64,000 nt of DNA from the sequence record OR677401, one strand, 5' to 3'. The notes below the pieces were generated by a model that worked only from the letters and a program-made list of their open reading frames with translations, ran no database searches and was not told the DNA's origin. Origin of the DNA: Escherichia phage LQ5. The position numbers and the translations under genes were made by a program. Positions 63,448 to 64,000 of this stretch are shown here, one piece after another (position 1 is the first letter of the stretch; the number at the start of each line of letters is the position of its first letter).

Positions 63448-64000
63448 ATGAACATCGAACAAAAATGTCTTTATCAAGACCGAATCAATTCCAAATTCTC
63501 AAAACACGAACAGAATCTTTTAGAAAAATGTCTGGATGCTAAAAAAGACCCTAACTTCCATTACGACCTTGACAAACTGGTTCGCAAGCATGTTACTTCA
63601 GCGGTTCCAGTAGAGTTGTATCGTGGGATTACCACCAGAGAACTTGAGCAATTAGAGCTCCTTTCAGTAGGGTGTCAATGGTCTCCTGGTCGAGTTACTT
63701 CTTTTAGTACACAATACTCACAGGCTCGTCAGTTCGCAGGGGCATGGGAATATGGAACCAGAACCATTTTAAGTCTCAGGAATGCACCGTTCATTTTCGA
63801 CTACTATAACCATGCTATCGACCTTGTTCTTGCAGGGAATGTAGATGAGCTTGAAATAGATGAAACCCGTATAGACCTCTACGATATGGTCGAAACTGAA
63901 TGTGAGTTCATGGTCTCCAGCCAATCACGATTTGAGATTGTGGAAATCGAAACTATCAAAAGGGACCCGTACGAAATCGAGTACAAAACAATTCATTTAA
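63448..64000 (+). CDS. Mod-type ADP-ribosyltransferase, 3'-truncated by window end
   Basis: R-S-ExE arrangement (YRG ... SFSTQ ... ECEFM); position after soc as T4 modB/modA; no stop in window. Confidence 0.55.
   Translation, partial: MNIEQKCLYQDRINSKFSKHEQNLLEKCLDAKKDPNFHYDLDKLVRKHVTSAVPVELYRGITTRELEQLELLSVGCQWSPGRVTSFSTQYSQARQFAGAWEYGTRTILSLRNAPFIFDYYNHAIDLVLAGNVDELEIDETRIDLYDMVETECEFMVSSQSRFEIVEIETIKRDPYEIEYKTIHL

Overview
This window reads as a contiguous early/middle-gene region of a T4-like myovirus, with nearly every gene on the + strand, i.e. reverse-complemented relative to the usual T4 map. The DNA polymerase is closest to what I recall of RB69-type gp43, but that is recall, not a search. 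T4 names are assigned from my memory of T4 protein sequences and gene order. Confidently recognised: gp1 dNMP kinase, 57A, 57B (Acb1-type 2H phosphoesterase), lysozyme e, NudE, DenV, Tk, rI, NrdC, gp55, gp47/gp46, RpbA, gp45, gp44/gp62, RegA, gp43, Imm, UvsX, gp41, Dmd, Sp, gp61, gp56, Soc and the start of a Mod-type ADP-ribosyltransferase. There are two tRNAs (CAT and TCT anticodons), five capsid-targeting-signal internal-protein genes, six free-standing homing-endonuclease ORFs, and many repeated early-promoter/stem-loop cassettes and UUCG-loop terminators. The most notable unexplained content is a five-gene translationally coupled operon between imm and uvsX (sugar kinase/nucleotidyltransferase fusion, HAD phosphatase, P-loop kinase, thymidylate-synthase-family hydroxymethylase, uncharacterised protein in the beta-gt position), which looks like a non-glucose hydroxymethyl-cytosine DNA hypermodification module. 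Other leads are a nucleotidyltransferase plus AAA-type ATPase pair, a macro-domain protein, two tandem paralog families, and a single antisense small membrane gene with a canonical late promoter. Nothing here was computed beyond the supplied ORF track; all homology calls need confirmation by search.
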